From: Candidatus Limenecus sp.
GTDB lineage: Bacteria > Cyanobacteriota > Vampirovibrionia > Gastranaerophilales > Gastranaerophilaceae
Assembly (NCBI GenBank): GCA_045531805.1
Contig: JAZSES010000224.1
Location: 1-55,761 of the forward strand
Length of the DNA: 55,761 bases
Direction: 5' to 3'
Shown: piece after piece, positions 34,469 through 44,666 of the stretch
How the letters are laid out: every line of letters starts with the position of its first letter
Position numbering within the stretch: the first letter of the stretch is position 1
Translations under genes and position numbers: made by a program
Notes under the pieces: model-generated
Seen by the model: the letters and a program-made list of their open reading frames with translations, nothing else
The model's database searches: none
What the model was told of the DNA's origin: nothing

Positions 34469-35824
34469 ATGAGTATGAAAGGATACTATGTACCAAATCG
34501 AGTATCAAATGAATATGTTGATAGTAAACGAAATGAACAAGGCGCGTATGAGTATGATACATATTTGCAAGATGTTGGTATGAACACGCAAGCTGCTATT
34601 CAATCATTAAATAAAGATTATTCTTCGGCTATAAATAACGCATATTCGCAATACTTAAATTCCAAATACACTATTGCAAATAGTGATATGATACAAGGCG
34701 CTAAAGAAGCATATTTACAAAAACAACAGGAAGCTCTTCAAGCTAACGTAGCTCAAGCAAGTTTAACAGCGGCTGAGACTAAACAACAAATATTACAACA
34801 AGCATATGAACAGCAAAATGCTATTGGTTCAGCTTTCCAAACTGAAGTAAATAATATGGAACAAGTTGGTACAATGTTAAGTGGATATATGGAATACCTG
34901 AAAGGTGTTACGGGTGATAATGGTTCATATTATGATGCAATATTAAGTGGTAAAGGCTTAACTGAATACGCTAAAGATAATGATATTTATGCAGAAGATA
35001 TTTATGATGAGTTGTATAATGCTCAACTTAAAGGATATACCGATGAAGACGGCAAACAAGCATTAGGCTGGACAGATTGGTTGAACACACAAATCAAGAC
35101 AGATAAACAACAACAATGGTATGATTGGTATATGGGCCAAGGTGGTTACGAGCAATTCCGAGACGCATATAGTAAAGGTATATATACTAAAGAAGAAAGT
35201 GGAGCTGGTGCGTATTTAGCCGAACAAAAACGTAAACAAGATTATGAAGCCGCGAGAGCTAAAGCTGAAGAAGAGTATAACGTTGAGAAGTATAAAGCTG
35301 AGCAAGATTATAACGCTAAGCGTTCAGAGATAGATGAGCAAATGAGTAACATAAATTTACAGCACCCTAGAGTGTTCTTAGGAAGCGGAGACTATGGACA
35401 TTTTGATTTTGGTAAAACAGCAGACACAAAAATACGAGATACAAAAAGTCAAGTAGAAAGCTATGTAAAAAGTTTAGGACTAACTGATGACGACTTAAAA
35501 CAATTGGGTTATGGCAGTGTAAATGAAATAATTGAAAGTGTCGTTAAAGCCGGTAGACTGTTAAACGATGGATATACTTTTGAAGAAGTATTTGCATCAG
35601 GCCAAGGGTTCAACGAAGGTTTTAAACGCTTTATGTATAGTTTTGATAAGACAATGTGGAAAGGCTTCCAGCAAGGAAATACACAACGCAAAGTTGAAGC
35701 GATTTATAATGAAATTATGTTGGATTTGTATAAACAAGCTCGGTATAAAAAAGCAGGTGTAATGAGCGACTTCAAATACGACAAAGAATTTGAATTTGCA
35801 ACGTACGAAGACTATTATAAATAA
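34469..35824 (+). CDS. hypothetical virion protein, Gln/Ala/Glu-rich coiled-coil (451 aa)
   Basis: ORF with AAGGAGGTG RBS. Long heptad-like Q/A/E/K stretches. Confidence 0.65.
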   Translation: MSMKGYYVPNRVSNEYVDSKRNEQGAYEYDTYLQDVGMNTQAAIQSLNKDYSSAINNAYSQYLNSKYTIANSDMIQGAKEAYLQKQQEALQANVAQASLTAAETKQQILQQAYEQQNAIGSAFQTEVNNMEQVGTMLSGYMEYLKGVTGDNGSYYDAILSGKGLTEYAKDNDIYAEDIYDELYNAQLKGYTDEDGKQALGWTDWLNTQIKTDKQQQWYDWYMGQGGYEQFRDAYSKGIYTKEESGAGAYLAEQKRKQDYEAARAKAEEEYNVEKYKAEQDYNAKRSEIDEQMSNINLQHPRVFLGSGDYGHFDFGKTADTKIRDTKSQVESYVKSLGLTDDDLKQLGYGSVNEIIESVVKAGRLLNDGYTFEEVFASGQGFNEGFKRFMYSFDKTMWKGFQQGNTQRKVEAIYNEIMLDLYKQARYKKAGVMSDFKYDKEFEFATYEDYYK

Positions 35825-35855
35825 AATCGAGGTGTAGAACCCGAAGGAGATTATA

Positions 35856-38800
35856 ATGTTAGAAATTAAAAACACAAAAATTACTAACTACGAAGATGAG
35901 CAAAAGGCCAGAGGTACTGGCCAGCTCAAATCTCGTAGAGAATTGAATACAAAGAACTTTTATGACAAAATGTACAATAATTTTAAAACAAATAATCAAT
36001 TGTACTTAGACGACGATATGTGGGTAACCGCAGCTACTCGTGGTGAATTAGATAACTTAATATATTTGTTAAATGAGAACAAAGTTGAAAATGAAGGTTT
36101 AGAAGCATTAAAGAGTTGGGGTATGGGAGTTGATTATGACACATACATGTTAGCGCTAAGTATTCCAACGCTTAATAATGAAGAAAAGAAAACTAGATTA
36201 AATGAAGCAGGCGATTATAGTTTTGGCGACTTAACAGACCAAGAATGGGCTAAGATGGTGCTTGACGCTACGAATAATAAATATCAAGCTGAATATATCG
36301 AAGCCAATAAAGAGAACTTAAAATGGTGGCAGACTGCTGGTGCAGGGATTGTTTCATTTGTTGGACACATTGCGACTGGTATTGTTGGAGCAGCTCAGAA
36401 TGCATACAATCTTGGCGAAGGAATTTATAATGCTGTAACAGGCGGTGAATTCTTAAAAGCTTGGGCTGACGATGACGACGAGTATCTAGCAAATGTATAT
36501 GAACAAATGAAATATGCAATGTGGGAACTTGACAGAGTTACAATGCCTTGGGTAGATGCAGTTGAAGCATATGAACAAGGTTATACCACGATGGCTACCG
36601 ATATAGACTTAGGCTCTAAAGCATTTACAGAAAGTATAAGACAAACTGGATATGGTGGTGGTTTAAATACTTGGGGTCGTTGGTGGCAAAGTGGTTTACA
36701 ATCATTTGGTGAAATGCTACCATTTATGATTATGCCAAATATTAAGATTGTTGGGCATTCGAAAGCAAGCTCAGTTTTAACTAAAATTACAAAAACCGGT
36801 GGCTTTTATACAACTAACGTGTTTTCAGCAAATATTGGTGATACAGTAAAAACCGCTCAATTAAACGGTATATCTTATAAAGACTTAAATGCTGGCGAAG
36901 TAATAGGAAATGCTGCATTAAAAACAGTTGGTCAATATATTGTTGAAGTGCTTTTAGGTAAAGTATTAGGTTTCACTGGACTTGATGCAATGATGGGCGT
37001 AGGCGATGATGTTGTGGGTGTAGCTAAGTGGTTTACTAAAGCAGCGGGTGCTACAGGTGGTAAAGCCGCAGGCGTAGCATTAGGTCGAGGCGCATTATCA
37101 ATGGTCAAGGAAGGTCTTGAAGAAGTATTACAAGACATGTCAGACAATATGATCGATATGTTCTTTGGTGGTGATTATGCTGAAAGAGCTAGAGAGAATT
37201 TGACTTGGCAAAATATCGGAGATGCATTTGTTGTCGGTGCATTAACTTCTGGTGTTATTGGAACTTTAAGTTCTGCATCGGTTGTTATAAATAGAAACGC
37301 ACGCGGAATTGCTGTTGACGAAAAAACTGGAAAAGCGTATAGGATGGGCTTATTCCAACAGTTGAATTATAATCAAGCTATGCAAGCTATGGCAAGTTGG
37401 CAAGAAACTCTTAATGATAAAAACGCTTCTGCACAAGATAAAGCTGACGCAGCATTTAGACTAAACGGGGTAGTATCTACACTTGGTAATGTGCTTAAAA
37501 CATTCGGTACAGAACGTTCACAAAAAGCATTAGAGCTGTTGACTATTTATCAAAATAAAATGTCAACCAAAGAAGAGAAAGCAACTGCTAAAGCACAATT
37601 AAGTGATACTGAATTTGCTAAATCATTATTTACTGATTATGTTGAAGCAAACAAACGCAGTATTGAAAAATTTGTTACTCAAAAAGCTCAAGACAAACTA
37701 AAGAAAGCTTTAGAAAAAGAAGCTAAACTTCTTAAGAAGAATGGTGTAACTAAGATTACAGATATTGTTACTCAAGAGTTAAGTACAGACGACCCAGAAG
37801 TAGATATTCCAGAACAATCAGCTAAAGCAGTTAAGCAATTACTAAAACAGACTAAGAGTGATATGGTTGTAGCTACAGATGGTAAAATGGTTGTTAAGTC
37901 AGATGATGTAATATTTGCACCAGAGTCTTTGGTTAAAGAAGGAAAAATAAGTGAGATACTTGAAGGTATTGCATACGATAAAGCTATTAAAGCGATTGCT
38001 CCAGAATTAAGTAAAAAGCAAAACGACCTTATTTTAGAAGAGTTTAAGAAACTATCAGGTAGACAAGATGCTACAATCGAAGATGCTTTAGTTGCTTTAT
38101 TATTTGACAAATCATTCTATACTTATATATTGTTAAAAACAAATGAGACTCAATCTATAAACGATGCTAATGACGCAATTAAGATACTAGCTATTATGGA
38201 CAATATCGTTAAAGGTAAAATCGCAGGCGATGTCGATAAAGGAACATTAACTCAGGCGGCTTATCAAAAGCTCGTAGAGCGAATTCAAGAGAATATGCGA
38301 GCTGGTTTAGTAGTATACGCAATCAATTATACTAACATTGACTTAGATGCGGTTAGTGGTGAAATACTTCCAGCAAGTTATAAAGAACTAATTCGTACTA
38401 ATAAAAATGTTATATTTACTAAAGCTGTTAACGACTGTATGGAAAGTAAACAACGTGGCGTTATAACACAAAATCGTATAGCTGAATTTGATAGACAGAT
38501 TGATAAGTTTATTGGACTAAATGCAGCCTTCGACGAAATGATAGCTGAAGCAAAACAAAAGATTAGAAGTACTGAATATAACGATAGATTTGATGCAGTT
38601 GGACTATTACGTTATTTAGCAAATATTGACGAGCAAACTCAACTAATATTCTTAAAACCAGATAAAGCAAATAGCACCACTGATAATACTGAAAAGAATA
38701 TTGTATTAGTTACAGAATTCTTTGACGTTGAATGGAACAAATTACTAAACGGTGAATTTGAATTTATAGATTTATCACAAGACGCTCAAACTTATGTTAA

Positions 38801-41800
38801 AGATGCCGGATATGATATTACAAACTATAATGATAGAATAGCTATGCTTAGAGAACGTTTATATCATTATTCTAATAATACTTTGACAATTGCAAATAAC
38901 GGAGAAGTATTACAGATACTTGATAAAAACAAATTAGTTAAAAAAGAATATTTAGGTAAAGACGGAGAAGCTAAATTATTAGCCGATATAAAATCTGGCA
39001 AAGTTAAGAAAGTAAAAGACGTTTGTAAAATAACTATAAATAAAACTATAGGCAACTTGAATATAATTCTAGATGAGACACTTGATTTTAACGGTTACTT
39101 TGACGATAATAGTCCTAAACAGATAACTATTAGTAAAAATAATATTGTTAATACAATTATGCACGAGTCTACTCACGCCACTCAGTTCTATACTCGCTCT
39201 ACACAATCAGCAACATTTACTTCTGGTGGTAGTGTTACTGTATTAGAAAAGATACCTGGTTCTATTTTAGACGAACTCGATGAGTATCTTGCTGATAATT
39301 TTCCGTTAATGTATAAAGCAATGTTGATGGATACCAAAAACGATATTCCTGAGATAATCTATTTTAGCATTGAAGGTGAAATGCAAGCAATGTGTAAGTT
39401 AACTTCACTGTTGTTTGAGACTGGTTTTACTTGGAGCAATAATAGACAAACCCTTCATAGTCCAGACGGTAAGAAGTCTTGGAACTTAAAAATTAAAACC
39501 GATAAAATTACTATCTCTACTGAAAGTGAAGTTGACACAACTGTTGACGAGCAAAAATCAGAAGATAGACCATTAAAACGAGCTGAAGTTGCAAATCTCA
39601 AAAACGATGAACAAATACAAGCGTTTATGAAAGATGGCTATCTTAAGAACGAAGACGGAAGTCCTAAAGTGTTTTATAGGTTTAGTGTTGGCGACAAGGG
39701 ACAATTATATGGTAATATCGGAGCTTTACAAGATAGATATGGTGGTACTAGTCGTAAAAGTGATGCTGTTTATTTAGCTGGCGACCCTTTGATGGAATTT
39801 AGTGAAATACCTGGGATAGATACTTTGCGTGGATATGTCAGCAACCTTAAACAGGATGATTTGTTAATAATTGATAATAAAAGCAGGCCTTGGAATAAAA
39901 TTATTTTAAACAAATATAATGTTAAAAATCATACTGAAATACTTAACGTTTTTATAAACAATAGAGCTATTGATACTATCGCATTGACAGATAATATTAG
40001 TGCATATCAAAAAGACTCTAAATTATCAGAAGCATTATCGAAACTAAAAGACATCAAAGGTATTTACATTACAAATATAAAAGAAGGCGGGTCAGGCGAA
40101 CAATTAACCGATAATTTAATTATCTTCGATAGGTCATCTTTAAAAAGAATAACTACAGAAGATAACTATAAATTTGTAAAAGATTATACGCAAGATACAA
40201 TAATGTCTGATAGATATGAAGACCGTCATGATGCTGAATATATTAAAGAGTATATTGAGAATTATGAGCAAGACGTCGATCAAGTCTCTGAGTCTAGAAA
40301 AGTAAGTAATAAGATAGCGGAACAATCAAACTTAAAATACTTTATCAAGAAAGGTCAACAAATACAACTAGATGAACGTGTTCAAGAATTCATAAAAGAC
40401 ACAACGGCTAACTTTGATAAATTGGAACCGGTTATTCAAAAAGCAATTAAGAATGGTTCATTGACTTTGCTAGATATACAAAATTATGTGGAGACTGCAA
40501 ACTCAATGAACGATTATACTTTCCAGATGATTGCAAAGTATATTTACGAGAATGACGAAGTTGCTAAATTAACTTATAAAGAAATGATTGAAATATTAGA
40601 ACACTTAGAAGAAATAGATACGCTTAAGCTATATTTAAGTGTTTGGAACGAAGACCTGCAAAGATATGAGTCAGAACAAATTGACAAAAAAATGTCGTAT
40701 ACTGAAATGATTAAAGACTATAATGAATTACAAGAACTAGCTAAAACAGATAAAAAAGTTGCCGATGCTTTAGTAGGCTATACTAAATTAGCCAGTACGA
40801 TTAAACCAGATGGTAGTAGACAATTTATACCATACAACGTCGACATAGACCAAATGCATGGCGCATTCTTTAGACATTATAATGGTACGATTAGATCGTT
40901 GTCAAACTTAAATAGATATGGTAAAAATATTGCTCATAATCAAGAAGTATTGTCATTAAGTAGTAACGAAGGTGAAGGCGCTAATTTAAAATCTAGAAAA
41001 AGCAGTGCTTGGAACTGGATAGACAGAATGCGTAAAGCAGATATCAATTATAGTAATCCGGAACAATTAAATGAGATACTAAGTGACTTAGACCGACAAG
41101 ATAAAATCAATATTATACAAGAACATATTATTCAGTCTATTATTGAACAAAGTAAAGCCAATAATTGGTCACAAGAAGAAGTACTTGAGCAATTCAACAA
41201 TCAACGAGACAGATTAGATACACTAACCGATGATGAGATTAACAAGTTATATATGGCTGCTACTTCAGAAGGTGTTGTAGAAACTAATCTTGATTACATG
41301 AATATTAGAAACGAATTAGAAAAGCGTTATATTCGTAAAAATCAAAACAAATATAAAGGTAGGTATGCGTCTAGAATTACTGCTAGAGCGACTGCTAAAC
41401 AAGCAGGACGTAAGATTGCTACAAGATTAGCCGGTTTGAAAACTAGGTTTAATAAATTGTCGCCGGAAGTTCAAGCATTATTTGATAGAAAAGCTGACGG
41501 ACATTATGAACTTAATGATAAGTATCAAAAAATGTCTGACGCTGAGCTTGAAGCAATTATTCCAGAAATGCAAGAAGCTAGTAAGATGTTAGCTGATAGA
41601 ATTAGAATTGTTGAAGCTGCTAAAAAGTCTAAATTAAATGCTATCAAACGTGCTAATCGCCAAGCTGAAAAAATGCTTGATAGACCGGCAGGTGAAGGCA
41701 AAAAGACTATGCGTGAAAAAGTTGATGTTGTACATAAAGTAGTAATGAAACAAGAAACTTTTAATGTTGTAAGTAGAGAACAAGCACCGTCTATTGTAGA

Positions 41801-44213
41801 AAGTGTATTAGCTACAAGTTGGGATAAAACAAGAAAAACAACAGTTCAAGGACTAGATAATAACATTGACCAAAATATCGCAAACGCTGAAATATTCTTT
41901 GCAAATAATCCTGGCTTATTAAATATGTCAACAGCTGAAGCTGAACAAGCAGCTAGATGGTTTATGGACGCTAAGCTAACAGGTACTATGACTTCACAAG
42001 ATATGAAGAAATTCGGTTCTGTACAGACATTATTCTTAGGCTACGTATTAGAGCAATCTCACGATGGCGGACAATTTGCAGATTTAAGCTCAAACCTTAA
42101 ACGAGATATTGAAGCTTTTATGCGTGATGACATTAGTTTAGGTGCAACAAAATTGTCATTGTGGAAAGGTATACTTAAACGCTTAAACCCGATAGAAGTA
42201 ATGATGTCTCAAAGCGTAGTCATTGGTGGTGTAGAACTTAGTGAAGATGAACAAAGAGATTTATTAACTGCTGCTACGAGTGGTGATATGGAAACAGTTG
42301 CTAAGTTACAAGAAAAAATTCTTGAACGTATTAAAAAAGAGTCGACGAACAAAAAAGGTTTCTTAAGAAAAGTTACAGCAGTTAGAAGTATGTCAATGTT
42401 AAGTAGTCCTTTAACTTGGATAAGAAATATCGTATCTAACTTTATGCTAAAACGATTAAACAAATGGTCTGCTAGAATTGGTCAAGGAATATTTACCTCC
42501 AAGACAAAAGAAGGACAATTAAAACTTACTGGCAATATCACAACTGAAATACAGCAATTTATAAATAAAAACTTTTTAGATAACAAATTGTTTGATGTGT
42601 TAGTATCAAACATATCTAAATACAATCCTAGTGAAGTTAGTAAGAAGTTTAAGAACAAAGACGGTTCTATTGACAAAAATGCTATTCTAGCTCAAATGGT
42701 TATTAAATCTATGTATGGTAAGTACTATAGCGAGAATATGTTTAAAAATGGCTTTATGAATAAAATGTATCAGTTCTTAATGAAAGCTATGTCAGATAAC
42801 AATTATGTTCGTGAAGCTGCAATAAGATACTTTGGTAAAATACTTGCTGAGAGAAAAACCGATTTGTCTAAAGGTGTAACAGACCAAATTATGACTGACT
42901 TTGCTAATGCAGTTGGTATAGCAATGGCTGATTATATGCACAGCGATAACTTCTTTAATACGTTGGAACAAATAGCAGCAGAGCATGGTGAAACTACGTT
43001 ATTTGTTTACAAAAATTTAATGCCATTTATGGCTACTTCTTGGAACTGGTTTAAAGCCGCAATTCGATATAGTCCAATTGGTTTAGTTAATTCAATTATT
43101 AAATTAAGTAGACTTGATCATCATATTAGAAAACAAGAAGGCAAGTGGGCTAAAAAGATTTGGGACAAAGATTTAACCAGCACACAAGTTGCTCCAGAAT
43201 TTACAGAGTATATGATAAGACGAGATTTAGGCTCAGGTGTTATAGGTACTATGGCCTTTGGACTTGGAATATTATTAGCAGCTTTAGGCTTTATTGATTT
43301 AGACGATGATGACTATGGAGTACCTAAATTAGTAATACCTGGAACTGGTTTAGAAGTAGACATATCTAGTATATTTGGTACATCATCAGTATTAGCAGGC
43401 GCAGCGTTAATTGTCGATATACGTGATCAAGGTTTAAGTTGGGACACAGTACTTAGTGGACTAGATAATGCACTAGACGTATATGCCGATGGCTTCTTCT
43501 TAACAGAACTTATGTCTTTAGATATGTATGCTGGTGGTGGTTCGTTCGCTACAGCATTAGATTGGGCTGAGTCGTTTGGATTATCATTTATACCAAATGG
43601 ATTAGCTTGGATAGCAGGTGCGACTTATACTGGAACTTTACGTAAGAAAGGTTTCTTCGGCAAAGCAGCTGCTAAAGTACCTTTCTTAGCGAGCATAGTT
43701 AACGAAAAGAAAGTAGATCCATATACTGGTGAAACAAATAACGTTTGGGACTTATTTAATAGAGTATTCCCATACTTTGATATTAAAATGAGGAGTCGAG
43801 CTAGAGAGACGGCGGAGTCTTTAGGCTTGAGTAAATCAGAGCTTCGTGGTCAATACACAATTAACAATGAAGAGTTTAATTTGTCAGATAAAGAAGTTAG
43901 TGAAATAAACAAGCAATATGGTGAATGGAACGCTAAAGACTTAACTGCTTTCTTAGACGATAAAGAAAGATACAAAGTTAAAGATGATGCAACTGGAAAT
44001 TATAAAATGTTAACTTATTCACAAATGACTGATAAACAAAGAAAAAATACTATTAGTACTATAATGGAAAATAATGCTGAGAATGTTAAAATTCTAGCTT
44101 GGTTAAACGCTGGTTATAAATACTATGCGTCTGAGAACAAGTATGCAGAACTTAGAGGACTTGGTGTTAAAGGAAAATTATATAAAGGCTCAAAAGGCTT
44201 CGTTAAAGAATAG
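35856..44213 (+). CDS. giant virion-module protein (2785 aa) with HExxH zincin motif, ART-like module and hydrophobic C-terminal cluster
   Basis: Uninterrupted 8.4-kb ORF with GAAGGAG RBS. HESTH at aa 1103-1107 (nt 39162-39176). The segment DGSPKVFYRFS...AVYLAGD...NLIIFDRSSLKRI spans nt ~39570-40150. Hydrophobic segments lie at nt ~43230-43630. A strong terminator follows. Confidence 0.8.
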   Translation: MLEIKNTKITNYEDEQKARGTGQLKSRRELNTKNFYDKMYNNFKTNNQLYLDDDMWVTAATRGELDNLIYLLNENKVENEGLEALKSWGMGVDYDTYMLALSIPTLNNEEKKTRLNEAGDYSFGDLTDQEWAKMVLDATNNKYQAEYIEANKENLKWWQTAGAGIVSFVGHIATGIVGAAQNAYNLGEGIYNAVTGGEFLKAWADDDDEYLANVYEQMKYAMWELDRVTMPWVDAVEAYEQGYTTMATDIDLGSKAFTESIRQTGYGGGLNTWGRWWQSGLQSFGEMLPFMIMPNIKIVGHSKASSVLTKITKTGGFYTTNVFSANIGDTVKTAQLNGISYKDLNAGEVIGNAALKTVGQYIVEVLLGKVLGFTGLDAMMGVGDDVVGVAKWFTKAAGATGGKAAGVALGRGALSMVKEGLEEVLQDMSDNMIDMFFGGDYAERARENLTWQNIGDAFVVGALTSGVIGTLSSASVVINRNARGIAVDEKTGKAYRMGLFQQLNYNQAMQAMASWQETLNDKNASAQDKADAAFRLNGVVSTLGNVLKTFGTERSQKALELLTIYQNKMSTKEEKATAKAQLSDTEFAKSLFTDYVEANKRSIEKFVTQKAQDKLKKALEKEAKLLKKNGVTKITDIVTQELSTDDPEVDIPEQSAKAVKQLLKQTKSDMVVATDGKMVVKSDDVIFAPESLVKEGKISEILEGIAYDKAIKAIAPELSKKQNDLILEEFKKLSGRQDATIEDALVALLFDKSFYTYILLKTNETQSINDANDAIKILAIMDNIVKGKIAGDVDKGTLTQAAYQKLVERIQENMRAGLVVYAINYTNIDLDAVSGEILPASYKELIRTNKNVIFTKAVNDCMESKQRGVITQNRIAEFDRQIDKFIGLNAAFDEMIAEAKQKIRSTEYNDRFDAVGLLRYLANIDEQTQLIFLKPDKANSTTDNTEKNIVLVTEFFDVEWNKLLNGEFEFIDLSQDAQTYVKDAGYDITNYNDRIAMLRERLYHYSNNTLTIANNGEVLQILDKNKLVKKEYLGKDGEAKLLADIKSGKVKKVKDVCKITINKTIGNLNIILDETLDFNGYFDDNSPKQITISKNNIVNTIMHESTHATQFYTRSTQSATFTSGGSVTVLEKIPGSILDELDEYLADNFPLMYKAMLMDTKNDIPEIIYFSIEGEMQAMCKLTSLLFETGFTWSNNRQTLHSPDGKKSWNLKIKTDKITISTESEVDTTVDEQKSEDRPLKRAEVANLKNDEQIQAFMKDGYLKNEDGSPKVFYRFSVGDKGQLYGNIGALQDRYGGTSRKSDAVYLAGDPLMEFSEIPGIDTLRGYVSNLKQDDLLIIDNKSRPWNKIILNKYNVKNHTEILNVFINNRAIDTIALTDNISAYQKDSKLSEALSKLKDIKGIYITNIKEGGSGEQLTDNLIIFDRSSLKRITTEDNYKFVKDYTQDTIMSDRYEDRHDAEYIKEYIENYEQDVDQVSESRKVSNKIAEQSNLKYFIKKGQQIQLDERVQEFIKDTTANFDKLEPVIQKAIKNGSLTLLDIQNYVETANSMNDYTFQMIAKYIYENDEVAKLTYKEMIEILEHLEEIDTLKLYLSVWNEDLQRYESEQIDKKMSYTEMIKDYNELQELAKTDKKVADALVGYTKLASTIKPDGSRQFIPYNVDIDQMHGAFFRHYNGTIRSLSNLNRYGKNIAHNQEVLSLSSNEGEGANLKSRKSSAWNWIDRMRKADINYSNPEQLNEILSDLDRQDKINIIQEHIIQSIIEQSKANNWSQEEVLEQFNNQRDRLDTLTDDEINKLYMAATSEGVVETNLDYMNIRNELEKRYIRKNQNKYKGRYASRITARATAKQAGRKIATRLAGLKTRFNKLSPEVQALFDRKADGHYELNDKYQKMSDAELEAIIPEMQEASKMLADRIRIVEAAKKSKLNAIKRANRQAEKMLDRPAGEGKKTMREKVDVVHKVVMKQETFNVVSREQAPSIVESVLATSWDKTRKTTVQGLDNNIDQNIANAEIFFANNPGLLNMSTAEAEQAARWFMDAKLTGTMTSQDMKKFGSVQTLFLGYVLEQSHDGGQFADLSSNLKRDIEAFMRDDISLGATKLSLWKGILKRLNPIEVMMSQSVVIGGVELSEDEQRDLLTAATSGDMETVAKLQEKILERIKKESTNKKGFLRKVTAVRSMSMLSSPLTWIRNIVSNFMLKRLNKWSARIGQGIFTSKTKEGQLKLTGNITTEIQQFINKNFLDNKLFDVLVSNISKYNPSEVSKKFKNKDGSIDKNAILAQMVIKSMYGKYYSENMFKNGFMNKMYQFLMKAMSDNNYVREAAIRYFGKILAERKTDLSKGVTDQIMTDFANAVGIAMADYMHSDNFFNTLEQIAAEHGETTLFVYKNLMPFMATSWNWFKAAIRYSPIGLVNSIIKLSRLDHHIRKQEGKWAKKIWDKDLTSTQVAPEFTEYMIRRDLGSGVIGTMAFGLGILLAALGFIDLDDDDYGVPKLVIPGTGLEVDISSIFGTSSVLAGAALIVDIRDQGLSWDTVLSGLDNALDVYADGFFLTELMSLDMYAGGGSFATALDWAESFGLSFIPNGLAWIAGATYTGTLRKKGFFGKAAAKVPFLASIVNEKKVDPYTGETNNVWDLFNRVFPYFDIKMRSRARETAESLGLSKSELRGQYTINNEEFNLSDKEVSEINKQYGEWNAKDLTAFLDDKERYKVKDDATGNYKMLTYSQMTDKQRKNTISTIMENNAENVKILAWLNAGYKYYASENKYAELRGLGVKGKLYKGSKGFVKE

Positions 44214-44217
44214 TAGA

Positions 44218-44245
44218 TAGGACACTTACATAGTGTCCTATTTTT
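44218..44245 (+). terminator. rho-independent terminator ending the late arm
   Basis: TAGGACAC-TTACATA-GTGTCCTA followed by TTTTTATTTT. Confidence 0.8.
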
Positions 44246-44286
44246 ATTTTAATTATTCAAATCTAAATTGATTGAAATCTAATCAC

Positions 44287-44352
44287 TATAATCAAAATAG
44301 GATATTATATAATCAAATTTTATAGAGTCTCTTTTAATTATCTTTGATTATA
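44287..44352. repeat. three exact copies of TATAATCAAA (two direct, one inverted) in the convergent intergenic zone
   Basis: Direct copies at 44287-44296 and 44308-44317, 21 bp apart. Inverted copy at 44343-44352. Confidence 0.6.
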
Positions 44353-44395
44353 AATTAAGTCTTTAATATATCCTAAAATCAATATTAGTTGAGAT

Positions 44396-44418
44396 AAAAA
44401 AAGACCGATTGCTCGGTC
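44396..44418 (-). terminator. rho-independent terminator ending the minus-strand replication block
   Basis: On the minus strand, GACCGA-GCAA-TCGGTC is followed by TTTTTTT. Confidence 0.75.
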
Positions 44419-44423
44419 CTTAA

Positions 44424-44666
44424 TTATCTTGTAGTATACATTCGTTCTCGTACCATTTGTAAATGTAGCCATGCTATTTCATTAGGTTCACCTACAATAC
44501 GTACGTTCTCATTAGTTATCGGTGTTCTTACAGTCAACTGGTCTGGTTCTTTTCCTAATAATGTAATAGAACGATTTATACCTAATTGTTTATCTTTTAA
44601 CCACTTCAAACATTGTTCTTTATTATCAAACTCTTGTGGCATAAACCTTCCGAGGTCCGCAAACAT
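44424..44666 (-). CDS. hypothetical protein (80 aa)
   Basis: AGGAGGTG RBS. Its ATG overlaps the polymerase stop (TAATG). Confidence 0.6.
   Translation of the reverse strand: MFADLGRFMPQEFDNKEQCLKWLKDKQLGINRSITLLGKEPDQLTVRTPITNENVRIVGEPNEIAWLHLQMVRERMYTTR

Noticed and set aside
13896-43000. Many 60-150-aa antisense or off-frame track ORFs inside long genes. Examples: 14509..14766, 20919..21305, 27355..27801, 30143..30601, 37772..38110, 42209..42463, and the plus-strand ORFs inside minus-strand genes such as 2523..2729, 6794..7135, 8331..8645, 47909..48265.
   Set aside because: They are fully nested in longer ORFs that have RBSs and recognisable motifs. They are low-complexity Ser/Leu/Ile/Phe-rich translations typical of AT-rich shadow frames, and they lack Shine-Dalgarno sequences.
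35856-44213. The giant ORF as a virion RNA polymerase (N4-like or crAss-like) or as a tape-measure protein.
   Set aside because: I could not find DxDGD-type or T7-like polymerase catalytic motifs by eye. The phage also encodes a sigma factor, which implies use of host RNAP. No tail tube or chaperone genes accompany it for a tape-measure role. Both remain formally possible pending profile searches.
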